Below are positions 13,318 to 26,889 of a stretch of 64,000 bases of DNA, piece by piece (positions within the stretch are counted from its first letter, which is position 1; each line of letters starts with the position of its first letter). A program made the position numbers and the translations under genes. The DNA lies in NCBI RefSeq assembly GCF_036321535.1, contig NC_087436.1:81780001-81844000 (forward strand), read 5' to 3'. The notes under the pieces were generated by a model, which did no database searches, was not told the origin of the DNA, and saw nothing but the letters and a program-made list of their open reading frames with translations. Source of the stretch: Camelus dromedarius (taxonomy: Eukaryota).

Positions 13318-13476
13318 TTTTTAAATTTGGTGGGGGGTAATTAGGTAGGTATGTATGTATGTATGTATGTATGTATGTATGTATGTATGTATGTATTTAA
13401 TGGAGGTACTGAGGATGGAACCCAGGATTTTGTGCATGCTAAGCATGTGCTCTACCACTGAGATCCCCCTCCCCAC
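13318..13476 (-). mobile_element. Vic-1-type tRNA-Ala SINE with internal (ATGT)n
   Basis: 'tggaggtactgaggatggaacccagg...gcatgctaagcatgtgctctaccactgag'. TSD AACTTAAAAACAATTGTT (13300-13317) versus AACGTAGAAACAATTGTT (13477-13494). Confidence 0.9.
13349..13396 (+). repeat. (ATGT)n tetranucleotide microsatellite in the SINE tail
   Basis: Direct reading. Confidence 0.95.
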
Positions 13477-14499
13477 AACGTAGAAACAATTGTTAAACTA
13501 TATTTTATCATCATGTATTTTCTCAATCAAAGGCACTAATAATAGTCATTATTATGTAGGGGCCTATTGATTTATTTCTTATTAACAAGAGGTTTCCATA
13601 TTAAAAAACATTAAAAAACCCTGCTATACTAGCCAAATGAAACCACTGTCTTTTCTCCAAGTTGTCCATTAACCTTCGCACCTCTGCCTTTGCTCATATT
13701 TGTATCTTAACTAGAAAAGAAAGTCTTTACCCTCTCTTCCTCCTCGTCTCACCGCACCTTTAATTGCTTTGCCTTTCCAAATCTTAAATCATCACCATCT
13801 GCACCTGAATGAGCATGTTCCTAAGTGAGAGCTGGCAATAAGACACATGATGACTGCCTGGGGCAAGGGATGGGCAGGAAGTGCCAGTGTGTGTGTCTGA
13901 AGTACCCCCCCTACAATAAATGTCCCCAACAGAGCCTCCCCAGCGGCAAAGCCCAACCACTCTGCATCCCCATGATACAACATGCTAATTCTTGACCCTG
14001 CACTATTTTTTCATACCAACCAAAGTTCTCTGCCCACTGCTCTCTGCCAAGTATCACCTATCACATCTTCATTTTGATTAAACCTCCACCTATTTCTGGA
14101 AGTCTTCCTGGTTAACCAACACTACATTCTTATCATTTCTCTATGGCTTTCAAAAATAAACATTTTTTCAAATAAATGTCCTACTCTAGTAACTTATTTT
14201 GTAAAAGTTTTCTTTTTTTTCATTTGTTCTCTTAAATGTGAATTCCAGCCTGAGATATAAGTGCCTCACAGATTTCTTTTTTTCATAGGTGTCTTCCCAT
14301 TATATCATAGTGTCTAGTACTCTACTAGATACAGAAGAGATACTGAAAAATGTGCTGCAAACCCACTGTTGCATCAAAAGTTTTTTGTATGCATAAGAAT
14401 ATACAATGAATATATATCAGGAAAAGACTGATAAATTAGATTGATAAATAAAAACGTATGCATTATAAATAATATCACTGGTAATGTTTTTAAAAGGAG

Positions 14500-14978
14500 C
14501 ACAATGAAATATTACTCAGCCATAAAACTGAATGAAATCTTGCCATTTGCAACAATATGGATGGACTAAAGGGTATTATGCTAAGTGAAACAATTCAGAC
14601 AAAGACAAAAAAACATGTGATTTAACTTATATGTGGAATCTGAAAAACAAAGCCAATGAATAAACAAAACAGAAACAGACTCATAGAGACAAAGAACAAA
14701 CTGGTGGTTGCTAGAAGGAGGAGGTGTGAGGGAATGGACGAAACAGGTAAAGGGATATTTCATGACTGGATAAACTTCCAGTCATAAAATAAATAAGTCA
14801 TGAGGATGTAATATACAGAACAGGGAATATAGCCCACAATATTGTAATAACTTTCTATGGTGACATGCTAACTAGACTCATAGTGATGAATATTTCATCG
14901 TGTTAAGTGTCGAACCACTATATTGTACACCTGAAACTAATGTAACATTGTATGTCAACTATACTTTAATAAAAAAAT
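14500..14978 (+). mobile_element. L1 3' end (laurasiatherian type)
   Basis: 'aatgaaatattactcagccataaaa...gtacacctgaaactaatgtaacattgtatgtcaactatactttaataaaa'. Confidence 0.85.
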
Positions 14979-14979
14979 T

Positions 14980-15880
14980 AAGTGAAAAGAAAATAATCCA
15001 GAAAAATATTTTCCACGTATATAACCAACTTTTATCCTTAATATACCAAGAATTCCCACATATCAAACATAAACAAAACAACCCAATAAAAATGGATAAA
15101 GGTATAAGCACAGAAAGAACATGAGGCAATTCCCAGAAGAAAAGATGAAATGGCCAATAAACATAAAAGGAAAAACAAACAGGAAATAAAAGTGAAAATG
15201 ATAAAATACCAGTTATGAACTATCAGAGTGACACTAAAAATTAAGTTTGATTATATCAAATGCTAGCAGACGTGCAGATAAAGAAATGTGGGGTAACAGC
15301 CCTTTCATTACAATTGCCACTTCAGAGGGCAACAGTCAGTGTCTGTCAAACCAGAAATACACACACCCCACGGCCTGACAATCCCACTTCTCAGTATCTC
15401 CTCTAGAGAAATGCTTGTGTGCATACGAATGTTTATAAGCATTGCTTATAATTATGCAAACAAGCCTAAGAAGGAGACAGGCTAAATATTATGAAATAGT
15501 ATGTCACTATTACAAAGAATAAACTAGATAGGTATGTAACATCATGGGTAAATCCCTCAAGACGTCTTGCAACTTGGGGTAAAATGCAATTGCATACAGC
15601 GGTATACTATCTTACTACTTGTGTAAAACATACTCATACATACATACATACACTCCTACTCAGATTTACAAGGAGTACCAAACAACTTCCATGTGTGTTG
15701 ACACATATGTCACTGCTTAAATAACATCTATAAACCTACAGCTACAATTACTGCTGGGAGGAAGAGAGGGTTATGCTGGAGTGCCAGTCAAAGGAAAATT
15801 TAGCCATTTCTGTCAAGTTTTAATTTAGGGAGAGAAGCATTATTTATGTACTACTTGTGTAGTTTACACTAAATATAAAA
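14980..15880 (+). mobile_element. Old L1 (L1ME-type) ORF2 end and 3' UTR
   Basis: 'aacaacccaataaaaatggataaagg...atggccaataaacata...caatcccacttctcagtatctcctctagagaa'. Heavily decayed. Probably the host of the 14.5-kb L1. Confidence 0.65.
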
Positions 15881-18235
15881 TAACAAAGATGGGTTTGGAC
15901 GGCATGCAAATGAAAGAGTCGCCCTTTAAGCAGGTGCCAAGGCTGGTGCGTCTGCACCTCCCAGGGCCCAGCCAACACTGTTCACCTGGCAGGCTCCAGG
16001 ACACGCTTGTTTAAATGGATAAGTGAATGCGGACACAACAAGAGGTTGCTGGGGCCAGATCATGAAGAGACTTAATTTCTGAATTCAAGAGCTTGTAATT
16101 TGTTTGACAGAACAGATAAATTAAATGAGATAATACATTTAATGCAGTTCCTGTCGAAGTATTTTAGCTTTCATGATTTTCATATTTCAGTTCCATCCTG
16201 TTTCATGACCAGAAGATGGAGCTCCAAACACTTAAACCTTCCCCCACACCCCTTTTCTCCCCCTTGCTTTGCTGGAGTCTTCATAGAGATTATGGTTTTG
16301 TTTCTTTAATTCTGGGTTTTTTTCCCTTCCCCATTTAAACCCTCGCATTTGTACTGAGTTCTCAGATTATCAAAATCCAATTGCTGAGAGACAGCAGATG
16401 GGAGGAGTAACCTATATGGGAAGCTCACCTTTTACTCATTTTTCTACCTCTGGGGGCTTCTTCGTTTCATGCATTAGTTCATACATTTTTATTCAAATCT
16501 TCCCACTTTGTTCCTCCCTCCTCAGAATGGAAAAGCCCACAGTAAACAGGTGCTGAAAACCCGCGCTGTCCTCATGGGAGGGGAAAATTCCAACCTTGCT
16601 ACGACTTTGTCATTCTGTGCAGCCAGGAACTTGTCCATTGAGGAAAGAAACATGTGTTTCTGGGGAATTTCAAACGCTGAGATTTCACTGGGTCGCAAAA
16701 TGAGGATGGGATGATGCTGTCTGGCAACAGCTTCCAAAAAATAACCCTAGAATGTGGAAATATATCTAGCCCGTATACTTCTTGTATATATTCATCAGTG
16801 CTATACAATCAGTATAGAATTACATGACTATTTGAGGAAACTTTAACATGATGCAATTCTGTGATATTTTTGGAAAGAAACATAGAACTACATGGTTGGG
16901 GGAGAGGTGAGGGGAAAAAACCTTACCTCTTACTTTTAGCCTTTTATATCTTTTGAATTCTATAACATGTGCATACATAATTATTCAAAAAATTTAAACA
17001 AAAGCATTATCAACTCATTACAGATATATAATGGTTTTATTTTTCCAATAAGTTTCCCAACACACACCACTTTCCTACTGAAGAGCAGCTCCCCAAATAC
17101 ATCTTTCCTACTTATGTGCTTTTCAAACAAATATGGTTGTGCCGATCTCATTCAGCTATTTCAGTCTCAGTCCTGTTCATTTAAACCCTTCAACTGCACA
17201 TTCATTCAATCAAAACCCTACTTGTCCCATGACCCAGAAGAGGTCTGAGTTTCAGTTGGGACTAAAAGTTGAGGGAGCTGGGCAGGGGTGGGGGGGGTAG
17301 GATAGAGAGAATGAGTTCTGGCTCTCTGTCACCTCTGTCCCCTCCTTCTAGGTGTGAGCTCCTTCAGAACTGGAGCAGGGAGGAAGGAGAAAAGAGCACA
17401 AGCACCTCCTCATGTGACTGAGCAAACTGTCATCCGACTGAGTAGCTACTGTTGACTGTAACTGCTAGTCTGGACTCCCGTCATGGGCTCGGTGAGGACC
17501 AGCGGTGGCTCCAAGATTCCCCGCTGGTGACAGATATGGTTTCCTTTAGCAGATGCTGCCCTGGTGAGCTTCCTCCACACGTGCACCTCTCCTTGCCCCA
17601 GACACTGAATCAATCTTGGGACAGCTGTGGCCCCCAGTCTCACATATTTCTCAAAGCCAACCCTCAGGTCTGCAGACGTGTGAGGACTTCCTCTTCTTCA
17701 CTTTGAAGCAGAGGCCCCTCTCCACTCATGCCATCTCCGCTGAGTTCTCTTTCCTCACATTCCCACAGCACGCAAGGCACACCAGCAAGTCTGCTGCTTC
17801 AGAAGGGTGTACAGCCAGGGAACAAAATGTCTGTTTACTTTTCTTTTCAAGTGATTTACTCGCGCTCCCCTCCCTCACACACTTGACTTGAGAGAAGGAA
17901 TGCCTGTACATCCACTCCCCAAATGGCTGTCTTCCTCTCTCGCAAAGTCCCCTGGGAGGTGGGGACAGCCATGGGTGGTTGGGCCAGTTCTACAACTATG
18001 GGCCTCTCAGTGAGCCTTGCGGGAGGGCAGCTGACCCCAACTGCTGGTGACTATTAACTTAGGGTAAGGAACACATTGTGCCTTTTGTCTTCAGTTTGGG
18101 TCTTAACAGTGGTTACACGCCAAAAAGAAAATTTCTACTTGACCTCCTGCAATACTTGTCAATGGTTTGCATTATCCATACATGGTTCAGGCACCACCAA
18201 AATTTTAGTTCTAAATGACTAGAATGTTTTTAGTA

Positions 18236-18790
18236 ATACTGGTTCTCAAACCTAGCTGCACATCAAACTACCTAGGAGGTTTTTTGGTTTTCTTTTTTTT
18301 TTTATTGAATTATAGTCAGTTTACAATGTTGTGTCAGTTTCTGGGGTATAGCACAATGCTTCAGTCATACATGAATATACACATATTAGTTTTCATATTC
18401 TTTTTCACTGTAAGCTACTACGAGATATCGAATATAGTTTCCTGTGCTATACAGTATAAGCTTGTTTATCTATGTTATATATACCAGTCAGTATCTGCAA
18501 ATCTCAAACTCCCAATTTATCCCTTCCCACCCTCTTCCCCCCGGTAACCATAAATTTGTTTTCTATGTCTGTGAGTCTGTTTCTGTTTTATAAATAAGTT
18601 CACTTGTCTTTTTTTTTTTTTAATTCCACATATGAGTGATATCATATGGTATTTTTCTTTCTCTTTCTGGCTTGTTTGTTTTTTTAATACAGAGATCCAT
18701 CCTAGATCCACTTGATCATAACATCCATGGCTATAATCAGGGATCTGCAATTGAGTCAAATAGAAGCAGCCTGATGTTTAGAAACTTCTG
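18236..18790. mobile_element. MER5-type hAT-Charlie element split by an L1 insertion
   Basis: Left half 'ctggttctcaaacctagctgcacatcaaactacctaggagg'. Right half 'ttttaatacagagatcc...gcagcctgatgtttagaaacttctg'. Confidence 0.65.
18289..18673 (-). mobile_element. Young lineage-specific L1 3' end
   Basis: T-run then 'attgaattatagtcagtttacaatgttgtgtcagtttctgg...ggtaaccataaatttgttttctatgtctgtgagtctg...ttccacatatgagtgatatcatatggta'. Confidence 0.85.
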
Positions 18791-18879
18791 GGTGAGAATT
18801 AAAAAAAAAAATTAAAAAAAAAAAACCACAGAGAGAGAGACAGAGATTTAGACAAAAGGTCAGAAAACAATTTGGGTTA

Positions 18880-19000
18880 AATATATCCCAAGGACGTAAA
18901 TCATATATATCTGATTCATTTTTGTGGCTTTAACACTTAGAACAGTGCCTAGCACATACTAGACTTTCAGTAAATATTTATTGCATGAATGAATGGATGA
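18880..19000 (+). mobile_element. L2 3' tail
   Basis: 'cttagaacagtgcctagcacatactagac...taaatatttattgcatgaatgaatg'. Confidence 0.7.
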
Positions 19001-21820
19001 GTGGCACATTTCCATTTCAAGAGACAAGCAACTATCAATCTCCTCATTATGTACCACACAGTAAGAAAATAAGAATCTACCAAATGCAGATATGTTGGGG
19101 TTTTTTTTTTCTGTAGTCATCTTAATATAAACAGACAGGTCTTTTTTGAACTTGGATATAGCTAAATTACGTGAGATAAGAAATACTACTTAGGCTGACT
19201 GGCCACTGGAGTGCGATTTCTCAAGGCTACCTCACCACCATGATGAGATTTCAACCATGCAGGATCTGGAGCTGACCAGGAGGGAGCTGGAAGAGCTCCA
19301 TGACTGCGGAGCTAACAATTACTTGGTGCATCCTTTTCCACCATAACAATGGATATGGAATGTAACCTGCCAACATGATTGAACCATTTAAATTAAAGAG
19401 TGCTGGAGATTTGCTGAAAAAATTCTTCCTCACTGGTTGCCTTTGCTCTAGATTCCATACTGTTTATCAAACTCAGAGGTGCACCAGTCTTTGTCTAAGC
19501 AAGTTATAAAGCAATTGATTATATTTGAGCCCATTACATAACAGTCATATTTAAGAGCCCTTACTCTGAGAATACACTCAGATCCCCTTGATTACAATGT
19601 GTTACAGACTGTTACAGGTGAGTTAACACATCATTACAGATGCGTTAATAAGAAAAAAAAACTACCTGATACCTCGGGATCGTTTTGAGGCAGTGGTGGT
19701 TGTTACAGGCTATTTTACTATACTCGTTGATACTGTTGTTATTGTTGCTATAGACTTACCAAGGAATGGGGACAGGATTGGGGGTTGTCACAGATGCCAA
19801 GTCATTGTCTCTCCTGACACAGAGCACTCAGGGCTGGGGGAGGCTGGGGCTGCATGGCATGAGAAGGAGGTTCGACACCAGGCCTAGAAGCGTCAGCAAA
19901 AGAGTCCACCAACCAGTGAGAAAGAGTGAGAGGAGACACTCATCTTCAAAACGGATCCCAGGGGCTTAGATAACAAGCTTCTGGGCACTTACTAAAGTTA
20001 AACCCCCAGGAAAGGGGAGGAGCCCTCAACATTGATTGACATTTGGTATCTCACCACCAGCCCGTGCCCTTCTCACGAGAGGGGCCTTGGAGCCAGGCTT
20101 CACTGAATTTGGTAAATAAGTGCTGTGATTTTTCTTTTGCCAAAGCATTGCAGAGAAACTTGCATGCCCTAAAGTTTGTCCAAATTCTTTAGATCCAGAC
20201 TTATAGGCAATTTCTCACGGTTTACTTGTACAGGTGGCTAATCTATTGCTTGTGGGTGAATTGTATAGGCTTGACTTTCAGCAAGTAATCTTATTTCTAT
20301 ATAACTAGGAAACACTTCACTGTGTTTCCATGTACCAACAAAAATCTTGTCAAATATGTTTTTCTCTACTGTTCACAGACAAAAGGAAACGCATTTATAA
20401 AGGACCCACAAGGTCATCAACTAGTCAGATAAGTCCAAATATAAAATGAGAACAGCTAGGTTAATTTTACTTTCTGACTAATATAGACAGTGTTTTCGAT
20501 AGAAGCACCAGCTTCTGTGGTTTCTGAGAAAAAGAAATTATACTTACTGGCCTTATGTTTCGTAACTTGTTCAGGATTCCACAGGAGAAAATATGCAGCA
20601 GGAGTAACTGATGATTCATTCCTCAGCTTTTCTTTTTTCCTAACCTTTGTTTTGAGCTGCCACTGAAAGGCTACTGGCATGCAAACACTGGGTTATTTGA
20701 TATTAGATTTCTCTTCAATTCTTCCCTCTTGTCCAAGCCTAGAAGAAAAATGCCTTGGGTTCCCTCACCACTTCACTGTTGTAAAAGCTCCGCCACTAGT
20801 GAACCTGTCCAGTTTCTCTATACAGTCTCATCGGATTAATCTTCCTAGATTACAGCCTTGATCATTTTACCCCATCCTCCCATCAAAATCCTTATAGTCT
20901 AATACCATTCTATTCAGAGAATGCTTACTGAGGAACTAGGAAGTTCAAGACATTTGTGCTTAATACTCTGAGAAACATAGACTGCTCTGCTTTCAGACAG
21001 TTCAAGTTCTTATAGAAGATGTAAACATTTCCCAACCTACTATAAGGCAAAGTATTCTAATTAAGGTCATGATTAAGGCTATGGGAGTTAAGGCAAAGGA
21101 AAGGATAAAGTTGGTTCATTTTCTGATGATGCCCATTGCTTACAAAAGACTCTGAATCATTTATCTAGTGTTCTTCATAAACTGGCACCATCAGTCTTCT
21201 CCTATCTCCTTCTGCATTCCATACAAACCCCTACAGACTCAGTCAAATTGGTCTATTCAGCTCCAAAAGCATCTTGCAGTATCCATCTCCCTATTTCTCT
21301 TAATGCCACTTCTTCTGGGTAGATCATTACCCCAATCCTCTCTGCCTGTCCAAATTCTACTCACTTAATATATCAACTTTTCTATGAAAACTTTCTTGCA
21401 TCAGCCAGCCAGAGTGGCCACTCCCTCCTTGGCATCTGAGTCACTCACTGGTGTCTTTCCCTTCACCTTTTTGAACCCACAGTCACCTCCATATGCACTA
21501 CAACTCTCGGACTCACAGAATTCCAAGCTCTTCCTGTCTAGTATCTCTGTCCCAGTCCAGCATCCGAGCCTCATATCACTGGCCTCAGCCATGTGATTTG
21601 GTCCTTCATTGCCCACAGCCCTAATGCTATGCCTGGTCCTCAATCTCCAGCTAAGGGATCTGGGGTCTCGATAGCCCTACTATTGACGTCGTACATTCTT
21701 CCCTCCAATGTGTATTTCATGTGTCCACCTATTTACCCCAGGCTATGAAATTGCCTCAGGAAAAAAGGCAAAAACTCAGCAGAATTTGACTGCAACTACT
21801 TTAGGAATAAAAGTATAGCA

Positions 21821-22180
21821 TCACAACATGAGTAAAACTTGAAAGACATTATGCTAAGTGAAATAAGCCACACACTAAAGGGCAGATAATACATATTATT
21901 CTGCTTAGATGAGGTCCCTAAAGTAGTCAGGTACATAGAGGCAGAAGGTAGAATAGTGGTTACCAAGGGCTGGAAGGAGATGGCAGTGGGGAGTAATTGT
22001 TTAATGGGTACAGAGTTTCAGTACAGAATGAAGAGTAAGTTCTAGATACGAACAGTGGTGATGGTTGAGCAACCATGTGAATGTACTTCGTGCCACCAAA
22101 CTGTACACTTAAAAATGGTTAAAATGGTAAATTTTACATTATGCATATTTTACCATGATAAAATAAATACATAAAATTTT
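21821..22180 (+). mobile_element. L1MB-type 3' end
   Basis: 'gacattatgctaagtgaaataagcc...tttaatgggtacagagtttcag...ctgtacacttaaaaatggttaaaatggtaaatttt'. Confidence 0.85.
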
Positions 22181-23407
22181 TAAATGAAGTATTCACAACA
22201 TGATAAAAAAAAAAAAGTAAAGCACTGAGAGTTTGGTGGGAAATCAAAACAGAGATCTCCATCCACACTCATTCTTTTGAGATTACTAACTAGCTGGCTA
22301 AATATCTCCCCCACAAAAGTTTCATAAGGCTGAATATTTGCTATGGATATACCTTTGTTCCTTCTAGTTATTGGGCTCTGGTTTCTTCTAAGCCACTTTG
22401 TGTCCTAACTCTGAATAATATACTTTAAAATAAAGTGTGTAAGTGGTTTAGAGCCAAGGGTTTCTGAACAAATAAATTTCACCAAGGTATTGCTTCCTGC
22501 TCACGTTCTTACTGCTTGATTTTCTCACCCTCTTCAGACTTCTTGCCCCATGGACTCAACCTCATTTGCTCCCCGACTAGTGAGTATGTTTCTCCCATGA
22601 TGGAGAGAGGAACCAGTCTCCTTCACTGTCTCCGTTTCCCTCCCCCTATCACAAATACACAAGAACTCCCTGCTCAGAATCATGGGCTCTTGGCGCCTCT
22701 AAAGATACGGCCCTCTACTGCCTCCTCAGGGATCCTGTTCCCACCGCCTCTGAGTATGTTTACCTTACAGCTCCCAAGGCTCTTCATTAATACTTGTCTT
22801 TCCCACCACATAATGTTTCCTTATATTGTTTACCTCCCTGGAAGGCAGAAGTACTTTCTCATATGTCTTTATATTCTTTGTAGTGCCTCTGACTATGCAT
22901 GCCACACTTTTAAAAAAATTTTTATGCTGACCCACTTTTTTTGAAATATATGTAGAATGTCACAGAGAGGAATCATATCATAATTATTAATCCAGAAAAA
23001 AATTTTTCAATTAACCACAGAATTTCTTTCAAGTACGAATCAATGTATTACTTGTAGATTTTGCTCCTGTTTACCTAAGTTCCAACAAAGTTCATGCAGG
23101 CTGTTCTCAGAGTCCACTGAATTCCACCACAACGCCCCTCAGGTATGAATCATAGAGATTTAATATGCTGTCATTCTGATAAATCCTGCTCATTCTAATG
23201 AAAATTTCCAAGATAATATAATATGAGCACTATTCTTCAATCCTATAATTCACTTAAATGCCTTTGATGGAATTTTCATAAAATTCCTCAGTAGGGTGGT
23301 TTCCGGTAAAATTCCTAGACTTTGGATCATGTCTTTGATCATTAATCTGAAAACTGTCTGAGCTCTGTCTGTCCAAGTCTACCTAGGCTAAAACCTACTA
23401 TAAAATT

Positions 23408-24465
23408 TCATCCAAGTATCATTCTCCAATAAAGGAATGAGAACTCCTTAGAGAAATGATGATTATAGGGCTGGAGGAGGCCAAACATATGGTAAGTCCA
23501 GAGCATCTTGTGGTACCAGAAAGCTTAAAACACAGAAAGATAGAAGTGTGACAAAGGTACATATAAGCCAATGTGAAAGAGTTCCCAATGGCCAAAACCA
23601 GAACAATTTAAGCAACAAAATAAATAATATGGCAAGGAATTACAATATAAAATACAAAATAAATACACATGAATCCCTGCTAATATACATAAATGAGTGA
23701 ATGAATGAATGAATGAATAAACAAATAACAGAGAAGAGATAAATTATTCTTACAGATGACTTCCAAACAATGTATGTAAATATTCCCTCTTCCAAGAGGT
23801 AAAAATTAATTCCCCACACGCCCTCTCCCCCCCTTGACTGTCAGCTAGACTTAGTGACTTACTTCCAAAGAATAGGGTTTGGAAATAGAAAAACAGTAAC
23901 TTTCCAATGGAGAAACCTGGCAAACAACTGATATGGTTATTATCTCCAGGATTAGTCATGTCGATGGCATGTACTCCTGATATGCTGTGATGAGGATACT
24001 TCATCCTTGTGGACAGTCTTTCCAAAAATCCATAACCTCAATCTAATCATGCAAAAAACATCAGCACAAACCAAAGGTAAGGGATATTCTACAAAATGCT
24101 CGACAAGTACACCACAAAACCATCCAGGTAATGAAAAATAAGAAAAGTCTGAGAAACTGTCACAGACTAGAGGAGATTAACGAGATGTGATGACTTATGT
24201 GCTGATTAACGAGATGTGGTATCCCAGACTGGATCAGGGAACCGAAAAAGGACATCAGTAGAAAAACTAGTAAAATTCAAATAAAGTATGAAGTTGAATT
24301 AATAGCAATGTACCAACGCAGGCTTCTTAGTTATGACGAACGCACAATCGTACTGTAAGGACACCATTAAGGGCAACTGATAAGGAGTATATGGGAACTC
24401 TATACTCTCTTTGCAACTTCCTGTGAATTTGAAATTATTCCAAAATAAAAAGCTGATTTTAAAAA
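23408..24465 (+). mobile_element. L1MC/L1MD-type 3' UTR
   Basis: 'gagcatcttgtggtaccagaaag...ggagaaacctggcaaaca...gagaaactgtcacagac...atgggaactctatactctctttgcaacttcctgtgaatt'. Contains (GAAT)n near 23695-23720. Confidence 0.8.
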
Positions 24466-26409
24466 ATCCACTAATACATTGCCCAGTCATCCTTAGAAAT
24501 GGGAAAGTATCCTCCTGCTTATAGCAGAGTCCTTTTTCTATCCTGGGACTCAAAAAATCAATGCTATAGACTCATGGCCATCTGTACATACGGCTTAATC
24601 TTCTTCTCAACCTGTCAGAACTGGATCTTTGGGTCCTTATTTCCATTTTGAGTTTTGTTGGTGACAAGAAAGAAATGGCCCCTTGAACTTTGTTTTGAGA
24701 AGTAAGCACCTGAAATTCATCTGCAAAAGTCATCAAATTCCAGGATAATTTTACAAAGTTCTAAAATTTACTAGAAAACAATTCAAGTTAATTACTGCCT
24801 AGACAGATTAAACAATTTATTCAAAATGGACAACCCAAGAATCACATGAAGACACAGCCTAAGTTAACTATATTCTTTTCTATCAACAATATACTTAATT
24901 AATACAAAAATATGTTTTAATGTACGTTCTCTTTTACTTTTGACAGTTAAACAATTCTCAAAAGGAAAAATGCAAAAAAAAAAAAAAAAAGCTAAAACAA
25001 CTTTATCTACCATACCCAGGGCTGAGATTTTGAAACATTTGCTTGTCTGTTGTAATATAATACAGAAAGATACTTCAAAACATGTTTTCAACTATGATAC
25101 AGATAATCCCACAAAATTTCTATCAAGTCTATGGCCACTGCACTTATGGAGGTTAAGCAGAACCAAGGGAATTATGGGATGTATCCCAGAAGAAGTTCAC
25201 AGTGAGTCTAGAGTAATGCATTAAGGGAGAAAAGTAATGGGACATTTCATTTCCCCATGTCCCCAGAGATTGACAACTGTGAGGTTCTAGTCAATTGAAA
25301 ATTGATAGAGGAAAACTAGAGGAGATAGTTTGGCTCAAGGCAAGACCAAGAAAAGTACACTATCTGCTGAAGAATTTAGTGATATATAGAAGAGCAGAAT
25401 CTGCACTAAAAATGCTCAGCAGGTAGTCTTTTAAAATAATACCTATAATAGTAAATATGCTTTGATAAATCCATGCTTTCTTTGGAAAGTTTTTGGTTTT
25501 CAGTGTTTAATTTTATTTGACATAATTCAAAGAAGTGGAGCCAAGGGTAAGGAAGGGCTTTTTTGTTTATTTTTCTAGATGGAAACAGATGTGTATTAGA
25601 GAACAATCCCTCATGAGTAACTACTACACTGCAGTCACAGAGCCCAGACATATTAACTACATCTATTCATCCTGAGGTTTCACACTTCAGGGAACAGATT
25701 TCTCAATTTAATTTTAATTTTAAAACTTTCCTGAGTTGTACTTTACATACTGTCTTTTTAAAGAAAAATTCAGCCTTGCTGAAATTCAACTTTATTTTTT
25801 TCTTTCAGTTGTAAATGAAATCTCCAACTTGCTTTCTCGAAAGCTCCTAGAGACGTCTTTCTACTGCTTTCATCAAAACTAAAAATTGTCACTTATTTCA
25901 ACATTGTACCTTATTATACTGATCAAAAATATTTATATGGGAATATAGAGAATTACTTAGTAAATAATGGTTTGATACAAGTATAAAAATTATGTCATAT
26001 TCCTATGGATTAAAGAGATAATTATAAAAAATGAAACCATAGAGAGCTAGAGAGCTCTTCCTTTCCTCTTTCTGTTCCCTTCTTTTCCAGAAACAACTCA
26101 CTCATAAAGACATTAGGTGGAGACAAGCATGACAGCATCTGCACCAGGATAGGGAAAGCCATGGTGACCCCAAGTGAGGTAATATGAGCATCGGCACAGG
26201 AGGAAGGCCTAGCATGCATGTTGGAGGCTGACCAGGGTGAGGAAGGTGCCCATGCATGAAGGTGCCTGGCTCAGGGTATCGCAGACTGGGTAGGATATAA
26301 AGGGAGTCCACCTGGTGGTGTCCAGCTGCAGCAGCCCTGCAGTTTAAGTGGGGTAAGGAAGTCACTGTTGTAAGGGAGGTGGCAGTGGGGCAAAAGGAGA
26401 TTGGTGCAT

Positions 26410-26860
26410 GTAAGGGAATTGATTAAATAAGTAAATGTATTAAGGATAATGAGATCCAGGGAGAAAATGAGGTTGAACTTCATGGTGATGGATTTAATTG
26501 GAGGATTCAGTGTGAACATAATGGTTTTCTGTATTATAGATATATATGGAAATGAACATAGATGTAAATGTGCGTGTGTTTAAGTATCCACAGAAATATT
26601 CCCTCCCTCTGTCCACAGAGAGGAAATGGGAGCAGTGACACCACAACAGTTATAATTTCATCTATAATGTAAGTCTTTGTTCATAAATAAAATTCTCCCC
26701 TAAAACGATCAGGGATCCCTGGAAAAATGGCTGATTCTAGACTGAGAAAGAGAAAGTGCAAATGAGCTTGAGATACCTTATTGTGCATTAATAAGGAAGT
26801 GCTCAAAGAATAACGGGTGACATGTCAAAAGGACAGAGAAGCCAGCCAAGAGGGACTCAA
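26410..26860 (+). mobile_element. L1MC-type 3' UTR fragment
   Basis: 'gggaattgattaaataagtaaat...ggaaaaatggctgattctag...aaggaagtgctcaaagaat...gacatgtcaaaaggac'. Confidence 0.7.
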
Positions 26861-26889
26861 GTCTCAAAGCCTCACTCAGAAATACTTAC

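Noticed and set aside
19240..19320. C-box-like ATGATGA followed by CTGA (possible C/D snoRNA). A similar pattern occurs near 9155.
   Set aside because: No terminal D box at a suitable distance, no terminal stem and no recognisable rRNA guide.
22516..22944. 142-aa ORF
   Set aside because: Pyrimidine-rich, L2-like decayed sequence with a non-ATG start and no known motif.
26300..26325. CTCF-like CCACCAGGTGG on the minus strand
   Set aside because: It lacks the conserved following C and GC tail. A single partial motif is insufficient.
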